Of a stretch of DNA of 64,000 bases, positions 1 through 13,932 are shown in pieces (positions within the stretch are counted from its first letter, which is position 1; every line of letters starts with the position of its first letter). The notes beneath the pieces were generated by a model, which made no database searches, was not told the origin of the DNA, and saw only the letters and a list, made by a program, of their open reading frames with translations. Origin of the DNA: Hormiphora californensis (taxonomy: Eukaryota > Animalia > Ctenophora); NCBI GenBank assembly GCA_020137815.1, contig CM035355.1, positions 558,001 through 622,000 of the forward strand, in the 5' to 3' direction. The translations under genes and the position numbers were made by a program.

Positions 1-299
1 CCCCATAGAGTGAAAACTAGATGTACCACCGGACCGCCATTTTGCATGTAGCCGCATGAGAAATCTCGAAAATATCTTTTTTCGTATTATTTATGAAAGA
101 TCTGGCAAGCTAGTTTATGAGAAATAAGCTTAATTTTGTTATGCCTATCAAATGAGTTTGAATTGTAAATATAATAAATCACCCACCATTAGTTAGCTGT
201 ATTTTAGGAACACCACCACCACTGCTAGCACCTCTGGTGGGTTCCAGCAGCCCGCCCTCCCCTATATCCTCATCTTCACTAAACACAGGACCACTAGTG

Positions 300-3168
300 G
301 GGGAGGGTGTTCTTTGCTCGACATATAACCTGCTACCCAGGATCCAATCCTCTGTTTCTCCTTCTGAACCTGTTGTCTAGAGAGGGTGGGAGGGGTTCCG
401 GGTTAGAGAGGGGGAGAGGGGTTAGAAGTAGATCTAGTATTGGAGGTCATCGGATAAAGGAATCAATTGATCAACGATCATACATGCACTACTTACATCT
501 CTCGCCTCACCATCACTCTCGGGGAGGTAGGAGGAGAAGGAAGAGGGTCTAACTCCCCCCTCACCAGTCACTGTCAGACTAGTGCTAGGCACCTTCATCT
601 CCATTACAAGCTTATCTGGATAGTTAGATAGTATAGAGTTAGGACATGTAATGTGGCGGAAAGGAATTATAAAAAGGGATATTTTGTCATGCGGCCGAGA
701 GATAAGCAATAAGAAGAACTAGAAAGTGCAGAAGATGTTCACGAACCTTTGCTATTGATTCGTTCCCGTACCAGGTTTGCCATGCCACTATCCCGGAAAT
801 TTAGAGTGGATACAGGCACTGAGATTTTGAATGTCCTGCAATCTGCACACTGGACTGTGTAAACACGCTTCCGATTCTGTTGGGATACGTATCAATATGA
901 AGCCAGGGATTACATAGGGACAAAGATATAGTCGGTATTATAATCTTACCCTTTTGGTAACATATGTGAACAGTGGAAATTGGCCAACTTCTACTAACTC
1001 CATCTGCCAACTGTTCAACAGCAGTAGGTACTTACGGGTGCGATTTCTCCTTTAGAGATACTGGTTATGTTGTTAAATGTAGTCCACATAGTTAGTTCTG
1101 CATGCTCCCCTCGTATCGGTATCACTAGTAACCTATTAAGGGTCAAGGGAGTCACATCTTCTTGTTCTTGGTTTTGGAGTTCTGGGGATCCAGTGCTCGG
1201 TAAATTTTCCCACGGTCTGCCACGATTCGCGCGCACCAATTCACAAGTGAGAACCCGCGCCCTCCGCTATCGACCAAATTTAGTAGGAACTGCACTGGGA
1301 GCTGCACAAGCGAAAAACTCAAATTTCATTCTGATTCCTGGAGACTCAAATAAAACGGTACCTCCAATAAATTACCTGAAGTTGGTGAGATAAACAGATG
1401 CAGGGTAAGAAATATCACACATTTCAACCGATACATCAGACATTAGACATTCTACTTTCTCAAGATCACCTAGAGAACACATTGTTAGATTTGTAACATC
1501 TTAAATTAAATTAATTAATTAACTATAAATTGTTACACACTAATTAGTAATTACCTGGATAATTGATATCTTGTCCACTGTTAGCATCGTGTCTGGTATA
1601 TTGGAGGAAGGGAGGCGGAAATGGTAGCGTGGAGATATCTGACTGTCCTGACCAGCTTGCAAAATCCTGAACGGGTAAACAGTACACACACAAACTCATA
1701 GTATCAAGTATCCCAATATTTTGTAATAAACTGCTAGAATTAAATGATCTGGAATGCCCCATTACTTCAAAAACTGTATTTCAAGGTGAATTCATGAACA
1801 CCAGGCATGTGGGAGGGGAAGCAAGGTGTTAAATTTCAAGATGGTGGATAGAGCATATAATACCCCGAGTGTAAAATCAACTTTCAGATTCACCAGGTGA
1901 TCGAGGAAACACATTTTATGCAGCTGTGTGAGTGAGAAGTGAACATAGGTATAAAGGAAGTGAAGCTAGAGGGCTTCTCTTTACTATTCCAATATTGTCT
2001 AACATGACACATGTTGCTGATTAATTCCAATACGAACCTCAGGATGAGTGACGATCTGAAGGGAGTATGTAATTTTAGCCCCCGTGTATGGTATCTCCTT
2101 GGTCCCTCCCGTTACTGTCATGTGGGGTTTGGTCCTGTTAATAGTTGAACTCATTACTGGAACCATCGCCCTCCCGTGGATATCATCATCACGCGACCTG
2201 CAGCAGGGGGGAGGTGTGTGGGTATGTCAGGGGGAGAGGGGAGGTTATGAGACCTACAGCAGGGGAGAGGGAGGTGTATGTCAGGGGGAGAGGGAGAGGG
2301 GAGGTGTGTGGGTATGAAAGGGGAGAGAGAAAGGTGTGTGTCAGGGGAAGGGGTTAGAGGTAAGTGACGTAACATGATGCAAATATACCAATGAAATAGG
2401 TAGGTAGGAAATGTCAAATGATACAATTAAATCGATATGGTCAAACAAAGAGCGGACCACAGTTAGACCCTGTCACACCTTACTTGTCATTGTGCCTCTG
2501 AAATATATCCAGGGTGAGATAAACATCTCGAGGGCTGTAAACTCCATTACCCTTGTTCCGACACTTTATTGCAATGGGTATCACTTGATTTAACTGAAAA
2601 CAGCAACAGTGAGTGAACAAAGTAATAAATCTCAGTTGTGATAGTGTGTGAATGTTGTTGTTTTAGAGGTTGTAATAGAATACTGTAGTCTATTAGAAAT
2701 TGAGCAATGAGCAAGAATCGCACAAACTACGAAGATTTTGAGGTTGCGATAGAATAATAGATCTTCAACAAAAATATCAGCAGCACTCACAGTAACAGAG
2801 AGACTGGTTTTCCCAGAAGCATCATTCATGCGTGTGTTGGTCCGATGTTGATCACACGAACTACCAGCAATAGAGCAGCACAGACTCCACGCCACTCGGC
2901 ACCCTATCAACCTCCCTTTAGTTTTCTCCGGCAAATCACTTATCTCGTCGACTAGAATTGTTAGATATAACTCGATGCAGAATTCAGTTATTATTGTTCC
3001 CACATGGTGATCTGACAACGATCTAATAACAGTGAACAAGGTTAACTTACTGTGCAGTTCAAGTTTAAAGTCAGCTAGGTTCCCCAAAACTTCCCCACTC
3101 GACGAATGTTCCTCCATTCGTTTCTCCTCGTCAATAACAGCTTCCTCTATCGCTCTCTCCAAACTCAT
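300..3168 (-). CDS. Multi-exon gene with C2-domain-like segments (uncharacterised; 3' exons uncertain)
   Basis: The ORF from ATG at 3168 reads MSLERAIEEAV...YLTILVDEISDLP. Manually spliced exons 2593-2484 and 2197-2038 join in frame through GT-AG to give LTLDIFQRHNDKSRDDDIHGRAMVPV, resembling a C2 loop (LEVWD..DDFLGRV.IPL). Further exon-like blocks lie near 1550-1760, 1035-1375 and 430-1010. Confidence 0.55.
2195..2355. repeat. Intronic G-rich degenerate tandem repeat abutting a splice acceptor
   Basis: Units of gaggtgtgtgggtatgtcagggggagagg; the acceptor-bearing motif gacct(g/a)cagcagggg occurs at ~2195 and again at ~2251. Confidence 0.7.
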
Positions 3169-3659
3169 CTAATTTACGATATTCGTTAAATCAAAAGTGG
3201 TATATAACAATGAGTCTGAACAAAACGTTACTAGAGCAGAGCAGCCTGGAATCTGGCCTGTGACGCATTCCAACCTGGTTAATGCAACTTATACAAAGGA
3301 AAAACTACCGTTTAGTATTGCACGGGGTTACTGCTATACTAAACGGTAGTTATTCCTTTGTGTAACTAGCTCTCCGACGCCTGTCGCGATCGAGCACTCT
3401 TCCGCCGTAACGGAATTCTACTAATGCAACTTATAAGTACCTATGTAGGGTAAACCGGGGCAATTCGAACAACCGGGGCAATTCGAACAATGTACTGCCC
3501 GTCTCTCACCTAGTTAAGCTATCATAATGACGTCATCCTATCTCCAGAAGAAAACTGCTCGTTCGAGCCTGCCCGTTACCACTAAATAGGCTCTAGATCC
3601 GGTTTAAGTTGGTCAATTCCCGGTCAATTTCCGATTTGAAAAAACCAGCTGAAAGCTAA

Positions 3660-3814
3660 TAATTAAGTCCAAAAACCAATTAAATAAATTAGTTTGGGTG
3701 CCCGGGCCCATGTGGTGTCACGGGGGTAACACCTTTAGGCTACTGCCATAATTAACGGCATATCTCGTTAATTGCTAATTGTTATCCTTCAATCTTTCTA
3801 TCTCTATCTATCTA

Positions 3815-3846
<32 letters not shown>

Positions 3847-4062
3847 ACTGTTTCTTTCACTGTATCTCTCTTTTTTCTCTCTCTTCTTATTTATCTCTCC
3901 GTCTTTCTTGATTATATCTCACTCTTTCTATCCTAATTTCTTTTGCCTTTATCTCTCTCGATATCCATCATTTATGACAGTAGCCTAAAGGTGTTACCCC
4001 CGTGACACCACATGGGCCCGGGCATCCAAACTAATTTATTTAATTGGTTTTTGGACTTAATT
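3660..4062. repeat. ~90-bp inverted repeat flanking a CT-rich tract (nested foldback element)
   Basis: aattaagtccaaaaaccaat...taggctactg at 3661-3746 and its reverse complement at 3978-4062. Confidence 0.8.
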
Positions 4063-4129
4063 TCTGTTCTTTTTGGTGTTAAATAGAAAAAGCTATTTTT
4101 TCCGATTTCTGCATATATTTTCGAACTTG

Positions 4130-4740
4130 AATAGTTCATAAATATGCGAATAACGACTAAACGGTGAGAGATACGACTTTTTGTCAGGGGGACGACCCCC
4201 CATAAATCGGCTATTCTGCGCCGGAATATGTCCATGAAAACGTTCTAGGACCAGCCGAAGTGGAAATATTAAGAATATGCATTATTTCGAGAATCGGTGC
4301 ATAAATATGCAAATAGCGGCTTAACGGTGCCAGATAGAGATTTTTGTCCCGAGTAAGACCCCCCATAAATCGACTATTTTGCGTCGAAATATGTCTATGA
4401 AAACGTTATAGGATCAGCCGAACTGGAAATATTCAGAATATGCATTAAATCATGAATCGGTGCATAAATATGCAAATAACGGCTTAACGGTGCGAGATAC
4501 GACTTTTTGTCAGGGGGACGACCCCCCATAAATCGACTATTTTACGTCGAAATATGTCCATGAAAACGTTCTAGGACTAGCCGAAGTGAAAATATTAAAA
4601 ATATGCATAAAATCGTGAATAGGTGCATAAATATGCAAATAACGGCTTAACGGTGCCAGATAGAGATTTTTGTCCCGAGTAAGACCCCCCATAAATCGAT
4701 GATTCCGCGTCGAATAAGACCGGTTTCAAGATTCTATGAC
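4130..4740. repeat. ~160-bp tandem repeat, about 3.5 copies
   Basis: Recurring cataaatatgcaaataacggcttaacggtg...gaccccccataaatcg...gaaaacgtt units. Confidence 0.8.
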
Positions 4741-6849
4741 CTTCGAGTCGTGTCATATCGCGACCATGGTTTAAATGAATATTTAATGACTAATTAATGA
4801 ATAATTAATGAACTATGGCGATTTCGAAGTTCTCACACAGCTATTACCGAGCGCAATGATGTAAGGAACCACTGTTCCAAACGGCAAGTCTCTACTATTT
4901 GTGGTTTAGGAGAACACTCAAAGATAAAAAAGCGTCCTCCCCCTCCCCTCCCCTCCCCTCCCCTCCCCTCCCCTCCCCCTCCTTACATTTTTGCATTTTG
5001 GGACCCCTCTGGCAAATTTTTACCTTACATCCGATCGTTCTGAAAATTTGCATGCCTCTTCTCCTATATGAGGGCCCTCAGAGTACAAAATTTCAGATCT
5101 CTATTTCATCTGGAACATGCTTTTTCAGAGCATCAAAAACCCCGAAATCTGCAATGGTATATAGTAGCACTGGCAGGTTTTCACGCGCTTGTGTGTAAAA
5201 GTGTTGCGTGTGCTCTCTCTTTTGTTTTTTGAGTTAGAGGGTATTTCTAAGGTGGGGGCTCTGCCCCCACACCCCCGTTTATGGTGGGGGCTGTGCCCCC
5301 ACACCCCCCTTTTGGGCCCGGGGCACTTGCCAGTGCTATGAATATTAGCTTTCAGATGGTATAAAAATTATTTAAATATTCGCATGTTTTCATTACAAAT
5401 TCTGGTAAATTAAGATTACCGGGGCAATTCGAACCACCGGGGCAATTCGAACCGGGGCAATTTGGTTAGTGAACCGGGCCAATGATGTGCAGTTCTTTGT
5501 ACCACGTGATACCGGGGCAATTAGAACTAGAACGACCAGCGTGTAAAGTGCGTTTCAAACGACTTGACCTGAGATTCCTGGAAATTCAGGATTTCCTCTT
5601 TGTAAATACACGCGCAATGCGCCAAATTCCAAGAATTACGGGTCAAGTCGCTTGAAACGGACTTTAGATTGCGTGGAGATTACATTGTTCGAATTGCCCC
5701 CACCTCTAACAACACAAGGCGGGAATCTTCTTCTGGTGTTGTGAGGACGTTCACGTGACTCCCACGTGACGAAATAAAGAACTCCTATTGGTGTTGTCCG
5801 AATTGCCCCGGTACCATTTTTTCCGACCAAAATTTTTAAATTAGTTATTTAGTTAAGTAAATGATGGTCCCTAGAGTTGAAATTTATCTTATTTGAAAGA
5901 TAAAATAATGAACTTTAATCCTGTATAATTTTTTTCATTGTATCTTTTTTAAATGGGAGTGAGAACCGATTAAGTAAAAAGTTAACCATTTTGCCCCGGT
6001 TTACCCTATACGATTTGGCCTACACTATAACAGTCTGGTCCCCTGTGTTTCATCTGACTCCATAAAAAATTGTTAATAGGAAACCCCATGACCTATGATT
6101 CAACCCATTGCAGTAGATATTCTGGTGGCACACAAAATAGCATGCTTGGGTGCTGTGTCTGACTGATGTTATAATTGTGATAATCGATGGAAAAGGTTGA
6201 TAGAAGTTGCAGGTTGCAGTACTTTTGCTAAACTACAGTGAACAGTCACCAAACACCTCCTACCAAGTTACTTGTTAGTTGTTAGTTATTGGAAACTCGG
6301 AAAGTTTAGATACCACAGAGTGAATCTCTGTACTATGCACTTGCAGCGGGCCTGGCATTGTTAGTCTTTGTTCTCTTAGTTAATTGAGGTAACAAACTCG
6401 CACAACTCTAAGTTTAATATTTCATAACTGATAATCTCGCCATTTCCTGACCATTTTTTATGATCTTGGGCTCCTTGGAAAGGGTTTATCGATCTTGTTA
6501 ACAGAGGTAGCAAAGGTATGGCAAAAAGTAAGTGTTTTGACAGAAGCTAGAACTCGGCAACTTTTCAAAAATCAAATCAGCTCATCTCATATCGGGGCGC
6601 TGTTACGATCTGGGCGCCAACCCCAGCCTTAACCTGCTAACTGCTTTAGCCCTAGCCTTAAAAACCGTGGGTGCTGACACTCAAAACTCAAAACAAGAAA
6701 AACAAAACAAAAAACACTCAGATTTTAAACTTTTAGATGGATCGATTTAATTGTGCGCGGCAACTATTAATCGAATTGTGCGCTGCCAAAATATTTAGAT
6801 AAGAACCGCCGCGCGCGTCAAAAATTATTTTTTAAATCTGCGTTTTTTA

Positions 6850-7457
6850 AAAGTCCATTTTTTTTCAACTGTTCACCCAAAAACCGAAATTTAATAAAAA
6901 TTCGAATTTGGGTGGCGCGCGCTACACGTTAACATGTGATAAACGCGCAAAACAATTCCGCGCACGACTTTGGGGGGTGAACAGTTGAAAAAAAATGGAG
7001 TATAATAGGGATCCCTAAAAAAGTTCAGTATTTACACAGAGTTTAAAGTCCATTTTTTTTCAACTGTTCACCCAAAATTGAAATTTCAGTGAAATTTAGA
7101 ATTTTCGTGGCGCGCGCTACACGTTAACATGTGATAGACGCGCAAAACAATTCCGCGCACGACTTTGGGGGGTGAACAGTTGAAAAAAAATGGAGTATAC
7201 ACAGTCTTTACTCAGTCGTTACACCCAGAGCGGCGCGTGCTGCGCACAGTGGCTTTTTCCAAGAAAATATTGGATTGTGTGCTGCACAATTGACAAAATT
7301 GAGCGCTGCGGCGAAAAAAGTTTCCGAAAACGCTGCAAATCGAGTGCGAAAGACGCAGTCGTTACACCCAGAGCGGCGCGGGCGCTCTGGGTGTAACGAC
7401 TGAGTAAAGACTGTGTAAACTCTGTGTAAATACTGAACTTTTTTAGGGATCCCTATA
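6850..7457. mobile_element. Nested MITEs: two copies of a ~155-bp MITE, one inserted inside the left TIR of a larger foldback MITE
   Basis: Small MITE aaagtccattttttttcaactgttcacc...ggtgaacagttgaaaaaaaatggagt at ~6850-7000 and ~7045-7197. Outer TIR tagggatccctaaaaaagttcagtatttacacagagttt (7006) is inverted at ~7418-7456. A related copy lies at ~35972-36124. Confidence 0.75.
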
Positions 7458-7519
7458 TTTTCAAAATCCGCAGTTTCGCTTAAAATTGAAAATTTGGCAA
7501 TTGGCATGTGCTGCGGGTA

Positions 7520-9110
7520 CCGGACAGAAACTCGAACGGACGATAACTCGAACTCGAACTCGAAAATTTCGGACTATAACTCACTTTTGAAAATGTCGAA
7601 TTTAGGTGAGTTATAGTCCGGATCAGGTGACTTTCGGTCCGCCCCACTGTTTAGCACTATTTACGGTGAGTTAGAGTCCGGGCGGACACTAACTCACCTA
7701 TTCGAGTTGTGGGGGCCAAGGTGAGTTTCTGTCCGCTAAAAATGTCGAAATTCGACTTTTTGTCCGCCCTCTTAACTCACAAATTCGGACTACAACTCAC
7801 TTTCGGTAGACAGGGGGAACAAGAGTGACAGGGAAAGGGCGGGAAAATATGTGAGTTTTTGTCCGCTTAAATAGCGAATTTCGATTTTCTGTCCGGACTA
7901 GAACTCACTTCATGCATAGAAAGAAAAAGGCGGGAAGACATGGCGGCGTCGTTGGCAGAGAGAGGGATGCAAAGTTGTAGAGAGAGAGCCTGACAGAGAG
8001 AGAGAGAGAGAGGGGAGAAAGGGCGGGCTAGTTCAGTTCTCGTTGTTCACTCATACGTTGGTTGAGCTCTGCTTCTCTTTGTCTCTCTAGCTCCCGGGCT
8101 TAATTCCCATCTCGGATCTCTCATCCAATGAGTCATCCAATGAGTCATCGACGATGACTCATTGGATGACTCACTGCAGGTGATGAACGATGACTCATAT
8201 ATATATATCTCCTCTCCAATCTGTTCCCAACCAGCCTAGCTGCATGCTGCAGCTGCTCTCCTACTCAGTGACTCACCTATCCTTCACTCGACAATCTATC
8301 ACACCGTTCAAAGAGGAAGAGAGATGGAGAGACAAAGAGAGAGGAAGAGAGATGGAGAGACAAAGAGAGCTGTTCATCACTCGCAGTGGTTTTTTCTCCT
8401 CTCCAATCTGTTCCCGACCTGCCTATAGCTACCCACCTATCCTCGACAATCTATCACAGCGAGACCTACTGATTGTGGATCCTTCCTCCTTATCGACACC
8501 ATACCCACTATGCAATTACGACTCAAGACTTCTCTCTACTGAGTCCAGTCCGATCCTATAATATGACTCCATCATCTGTTTCTGAAGAGCAGCACGGAGA
8601 GAGGGAAAGAGAGAGCGAGAGAGAAAAAGAGAGAGGAAGGGAGGTAGAGATAGAGAGAGGGAAAGAGAGATATGAAGGGAGATAGAGAAAGGGATGGGAG
8701 ATGGGTTTTACAGTGTATTTATGTCAACCACTCAACTTGTTTCTCTTGTAATTATGATAGCTAGCACACAAAAAAACTCAAAACTCCTGTTTGGAAACCT
8801 ATTTCATTGGCCGGACAGAAACTCACCTGCCATGGAAAATGAAAATGTCACCAGAATTTTCGACATTTTCGTAGTTTTAGCAAGTGAGTTTCTGTCCGCC
8901 AACTCAAAACAAAATTCGAGTTATTGTCCGCATAACTCACCTAGGTGAGTTTAAATTTCGAGATTTTGTCCTAGCTATCGACTTTTTGTCCTAGCAAAAA
9001 GTCGAAAATAATGCGGACAGAAAGTCACCAGAAAAAAAAAGTCGACGCCAATTTTCGGACAATAACTCACTTTCGAGTTACTGTCCAGGTGAGTTACAGT
9101 CCTAACGCCG
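7520..9110. mobile_element. Non-autonomous element with arrays of subterminal repeats (ggacagaaactcac / gtgagtt...gtccg) at both ends
   Basis: Motif clusters at 7520-7910 and 8810-9105 flank a central AG-rich core; no coding capacity seen. Confidence 0.55.
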
Positions 9111-9298
9111 GATCGTAGGCCAAACCCATAGTTTTAAGTTGTATCGAACTTTTTTGACCGCTGTTTAGAGATGACACCTGTTGGCAGGCGCTGCAGTACC
9201 CCAGCTGATACAGCGTATGCCAATAAGAGATGGCAAATTGTTTTTACTTTAAAAGCTCTTTCTAATTAATTATCCCTGCAGTGCAGAGTTCCTCCAGG

Positions 9299-10797
9299 AT
9301 GGCTTATACTGAGGATAGCGTGAAATCCCTCAAGTCATTTCTGGTTTCGCACGGTCAGGAACATCTTCTGAACTTTTGGGAGGAGCTAAACCCAACTGAA
9401 CGGAGTGACTTGTACCGAGACATCTTAGCGGTTGATTTTGAGAATCATCTTGCCAGTTTTGACAGGTGCACGCGAAAGGAACAGGGGGCCGGGACTGATA
9501 AAGATCTCCAGCCACTTCCCGCTGAAGCATTTGAGAGTGTGTTCTCCAGTGAGTCTGACAACGAGAGATGGACAAGATTGGGGCTTAAGGAGATCAGTGA
9601 TGGAAAGGTGGCGGTGTTACTAATGGCTGGAGGACAGGGAACGCGGCTTGGTGTTCCATACCCCAAGGGCATGTACAACACTGGTCTACAAAGTGGGAAG
9701 TGTCTGTACCAGCTACAAGCAGAGAGAATCAGGAGACACGAGATATTGGCGAGTGAGATGTATGGGTCATCTAAATCCATTCAAGTGGTACATAATGACA
9801 AGTGAGCACACTAAGCGAGCCACTGTTAGATTACTTCAAATCTAACGATTGGTTCGGACTGAATGAGGAAAATATCATCTTTTTCGAGCAGGAAATGATC
9901 CCCTGTGTCTCATTTGACCGGAAACTCATTATGAGCTCCAAATCATCGCTATCTCGTGCTCCTGGGGGTAATGGGGACCTGTACAAGGCGATCGGGAACG
10001 AGGGTGTTCTACAAGACATGCTGAAGAAAGGAATCCGAAGTGTACATTGTTATTGTGTGGATAACATTCTCGTTAAAGTCCCTGACCCCCTGTTTATTGG
10101 ATGTTGTCTGGAGCGAGAGTCTGACTGTGGTGCCAAGGTGGTCTGCAAGTCTCACCCCACCGAAGCAGTGGGTGTCATCTGCCAATGTAATGGAATGTGG
10201 AAGGTAGTTGAGTACAGCGAGATATCCTTGGAGACAGCCCATCTAAAGAACGAGGAGGGAAAACTGTTGTTTTCCCAGGGTAACATTTGTAACCACTACT
10301 TCACGACATCCTTCCTGGAGGACATGGTCCAGGAGAAGGAGAAGCAGTTGATCCACCACGTGGCCAAGAAGAATATCCCTACAATTGATGGTACCACTGG
10401 AAACCCAGACACCGTCCAGGGAATCAAGATGGAGAAGTTTGTGTTTGATGTTTTCCAGTTTGCAAAACGGTTTACAGTCCTTGAGGTTAACAGGTCGGAT
10501 GAGTTTTCACCGCTGAAAAATGGGCCCGGTGCCAAGTCCTGCACTCCGGAGATCTGTCGGGAGGATCTGTCGAGGCTGCACAAAAAGTGGGTGTTGAAGG
10601 CAGGAGGTGAGTTTGAGGGAGAGGGACTTTGTGAGATATCTCCACTCGTCAGTGTCGACGGGGAGGGATCTTGATGGACTCGTGGCCGGGAAAACAATAT
10701 CACTTCCGGTTCACATGGATTCTAGGCCAACACAACCTACCAACGGACACTCCAACGGACACTCTAACGGTGTAAATGGGTTACATAGCAAGCTGTA
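9299..10797 (+). CDS. UAP1: UDP-N-acetylglucosamine pyrophosphorylase, intronless; about three small indels (~9783, ~9815, ~10665), probably sequencing errors
   Basis: Hallmark motifs VAVLLMAGGQGTRLG.PYPKG, LYQLQAERI, WYIMTSEHT (shifted frame), APGGNG.LY, YCVDNILVKVPDP.FIG, VVEYSEIS, GNICNHYF, IKMEKFVFDVF, EFSPLKN, EISPLVS..GEG. Confidence 0.95.
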
Positions 10798-11341
10798 AAA
10801 TGTGAATTCTGTGTAGTAGAGCATGATGCATCATCATAATGGTTTTGACTCGAACAGCATGTGCAAAACTAGGAGATCTGCATAGTGTAGTTTGTATTGT
10901 CCGTACTTTTAATTTGCAGTGCACGAGAGTCCGAGGAAGGTGTAGTACACAGTACTAGTTAGTACAGCATTTCTCTCGAGTACAAAGACGGTACAATTAT
11001 ACGGTGCAGTGTTAGTGTCAGAACTGTGAAATTTATCAGAAGATGCGTGTGTACGTGAGTGTTTTTGTGGGAAAAAGTTAGAGAGAAGAACTTTCAGTAA
11101 GCATACAGCTATGCATTTATGCTTGGAAGAGTTTAGTTAGTGTAGACTGCCTGGAAGAGTTTAGTTCTGCTTGAGATGATGTATGTAGTGTGTAATTGTT
11201 TTGCTGTGTACAATTTAGTTAATTTTACTAAACTGGGGTTTAGTGTCCAGTCAATACATGTGTAACCCACACAAATCTCTGCGAATATTTTCAGCTTTTT
11301 GGTTCATGTTCAATGCGTTACAGTTTTTAATAAGTGTAAAG

Positions 11342-12653
11342 CAGGAAGCGACCGAATATTCGGTTCGGTTCGGTTCGGTTCGGAAATTCGGTGTTTTTTG
11401 GGCGGTTCGGTTCGGTTCGGTTCGGTAGGAAATTTTGGCCGAACCACCGAATTTTTCATGCAAAATTTTTAAATTATTTCACGAAAATTGTATGGATTTC
11501 AATGTAAATTTCGCCGTATTAACCTTATTTCGAATCGGTGGTGCTATGTGGAAATGATTTCGCTAGTTAGCGGGTTCGATATGGATTGATTTGATACCTG
11601 ACTTCCCGTCGAATCGTGTCCTCATGAGAGGGTCAACAAATTCAGAAACTTTTTTTTTCAAAAAATTCATGGAGAGCACCGATCAAGGTGTTCAGAATCA
11701 TTCTCTGAAATTTTGTAAAAAAGTTTGGAAAATATTTCAAAGTCAATTTTATGGAAAATTTTCTATGTCAATTTTTGCGTACGAATCGTGTTTCGAATCG
11801 GTATTGCTAAGCGGGAGTGATGTTGCTAATTAGTGGGTCCGAGATGGATTATGCTGATACGTGATCCCCCATCAAATCTAATTAGGAAGTTTAGGGGAAA
11901 CGATTCATGTTTCAATAAATCATGCTAATTAGCGAGAGCACTGCCGCATAGCATCACCGATTCGCAACACGATTGACATAGAATTTTTTCCCCCGAAATT
12001 GACTTTGAAATATTTTACAAAGTTTTTTCACAAAATTAAATGTTTCTCTAAAAATTCATGGAGAGCATCGATCAAGGTATTGAGAATCATTACCTGAAAT
12101 TTTGTGAAATTTTTTTTTGTGAAAAATATTTTAAGTAAATTATGGTATACGAATCGTGTTTCTAATCGACAATGCTAAACGGGAGTGATGTTGGAAATTA
12201 GTGCAGTGGGTCCGAGATGGATTGTGCTGATACGTGATCCCCCATCAAATCTAATTAGGAAATTTAGAGAGACACGATTCATGGTTCGTTTAATCCTGCT
12301 AATTAGCAATACCATTCCCGTATAGCATTGCCGATTCGAAACACGATTCGTACGCAAAAATTGACATAGAAAATTTACGATAAAATTGACTTTGAAAATT
12401 TTTTCACAAAATTGACTCTGAAATTTTTTCAAACATTTTTTAACAAAATTTCAGAGAATGATTCTCAATACCTTGATCGGTGCTCTCCATGACTTTTTAG
12501 AGAAACATTTATACAGAAAAAGTTTTGTATGGTTCGGTTCGGTTCGGTTACCGAAATTCGGTTCGGTTCGGTTCGGTTCGGTTCGGTAAAAAAGTTTTTC
12601 AAATTCGGTTCGGTTCGGTTCGGTGGAAAAAAACCCGGTTCGGTCGGTTCCTG
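11342..12653. mobile_element. Non-autonomous hAT-type DNA transposon
   Basis: Imperfect TIRs CAGGAAGCGACCGA / TCGGTCGGTTCCTG; exact 8-bp TSD GTGTAAAG (11334-11341 and 12654-12661); (GGTTC)n subterminal arrays; internal direct and inverted duplications. Confidence 0.88.
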
Positions 12654-13564
12654 GTGTAAAGTTTGTAGTATTCACTGCATGACTCAGCTAGTTTAACCCC
12701 CTGCCGTAATTTCAGTCTCTTTACTGTGTCCAAAATCCACACTTTCTTCTTCTTCTTCGCTGTCTCTGTTTCTGTCTCTCTGAGTCCTCAACCTCCCTCT
12801 CTTTGTCTTTATTTTTCTCCCTTCTCCTTTTGTCTTTTCTGTTTCTCCAACTCTTTCATTCGCTCCATGTGACCCTCACTGGATATCTGGATATGGATGA
12901 TGTGGGATAGATTGACACGCAGAGAGAAGTAGAAACATGATGAGTTATCTACAGCTTAGGCCTACAAGATGGCAATATTTCTTGATGCATAACAAACATA
13001 TCCGAGCAAGAGAGATGGACAGAGAGATAGATATATAGGTATAGAGAAATAGAGATAGACAGAGAGAGGAAGAGGGAGACAGAGCTAGAGAACAGAGGGA
13101 ATGAGAGAGATAGAAAGGAAAGTCTAAGCAATACTTTCCCATCTTGCTAGACATCCACCTTACCTATCTCACAGCTTACCCTTTCTCTCATTTCATATCT
13201 CCCACCGAGTTGTCCTGTGTTGCTCAGTTCCACTATCCTCCATGTATCATCTTTTTCCTCAGTCTTGGGAGTGTTAAAAGTTTTTTCCTCTGCTTACGAT
13301 CACGTCATCAATTGTACACTTGTACAATTGTCTATCATCTTTTTAGAGATATAATAGAGAGATAGAGAGATAGAGAGATCTGAATTAGAGAGATAGGGAA
13401 TAGGACCGGGGGATAGAGAGGTTAGAGATAGGGACTTGGGAGATGGAGAGAGAGTAATAGGGGCTTGGGGGATAGAGTGGAGTAATAGGGATGTCTAATG
13501 GGCAAGCAACTCGGTATGGAGCTATGATAATATTTACATTTGAAACACACACTTGACCCTGAGA

Positions 13565-13706
13565 AATAGAGGAGGGAAAAAGGGGAAAGGGGAGGAGAGA
13601 GAGGAGAAGAGAGAGAGGAAAAAGAGAGAGAGGGGGAAAAGAGATGAGAGAGGGGAGAGAGAGAGAGAGAGGAGAGAGGGGAGAGAGAGGAGAGAGAGAG
13701 AGAAGG

Positions 13707-13744
<38 letters not shown>

Positions 13745-13925
13745 AAGCGGAGAAGAGAAGCGAGATGCAAAAGAAAGAGAGTCGAGGAAGAAACGGAGAG
13801 ATGAGGAGAGAGGAACTATGCTCTTACTTCCTTTATTTCTATCTCTCTCTTCTCTCTCCTATCTCTTTCTCTCTCCTCTCTCTCTCTCTTCTCTCTCTCT
13901 CCTCTCGCCCTCTCTATCTCTCCAT
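13565..13925. repeat. AG-rich then CT-rich degenerate microsatellite (quasi-palindromic)
   Basis: (GA)n-like at 13565-13815 followed by (CT)n-like at 13820-13925. Confidence 0.85.
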
Positions 13926-13932
13926 CTCAGTA

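Larger units (their letters stand above)
3448..6006. mobile_element. Non-autonomous DNA transposon with TA target duplication (Tc1/mariner/pogo-like), carrying nested repeats
   Basis: TA|GGGTAAACCGGGGCAA at 3448 and TTGCCCCGGTTTACCC|TA ending at 6006; multiple subterminal ccggggcaattcgaac copies. Confidence 0.8.

Noticed and set aside
9770-10680. UAP1 as a pseudogene or programmed-frameshift gene
   Set aside because: All catalytic motifs are conserved with no decay, no slippery site is evident, and single-base indels occur in other genes of this assembly. Sequencing error is most likely; accurate reads would confirm.
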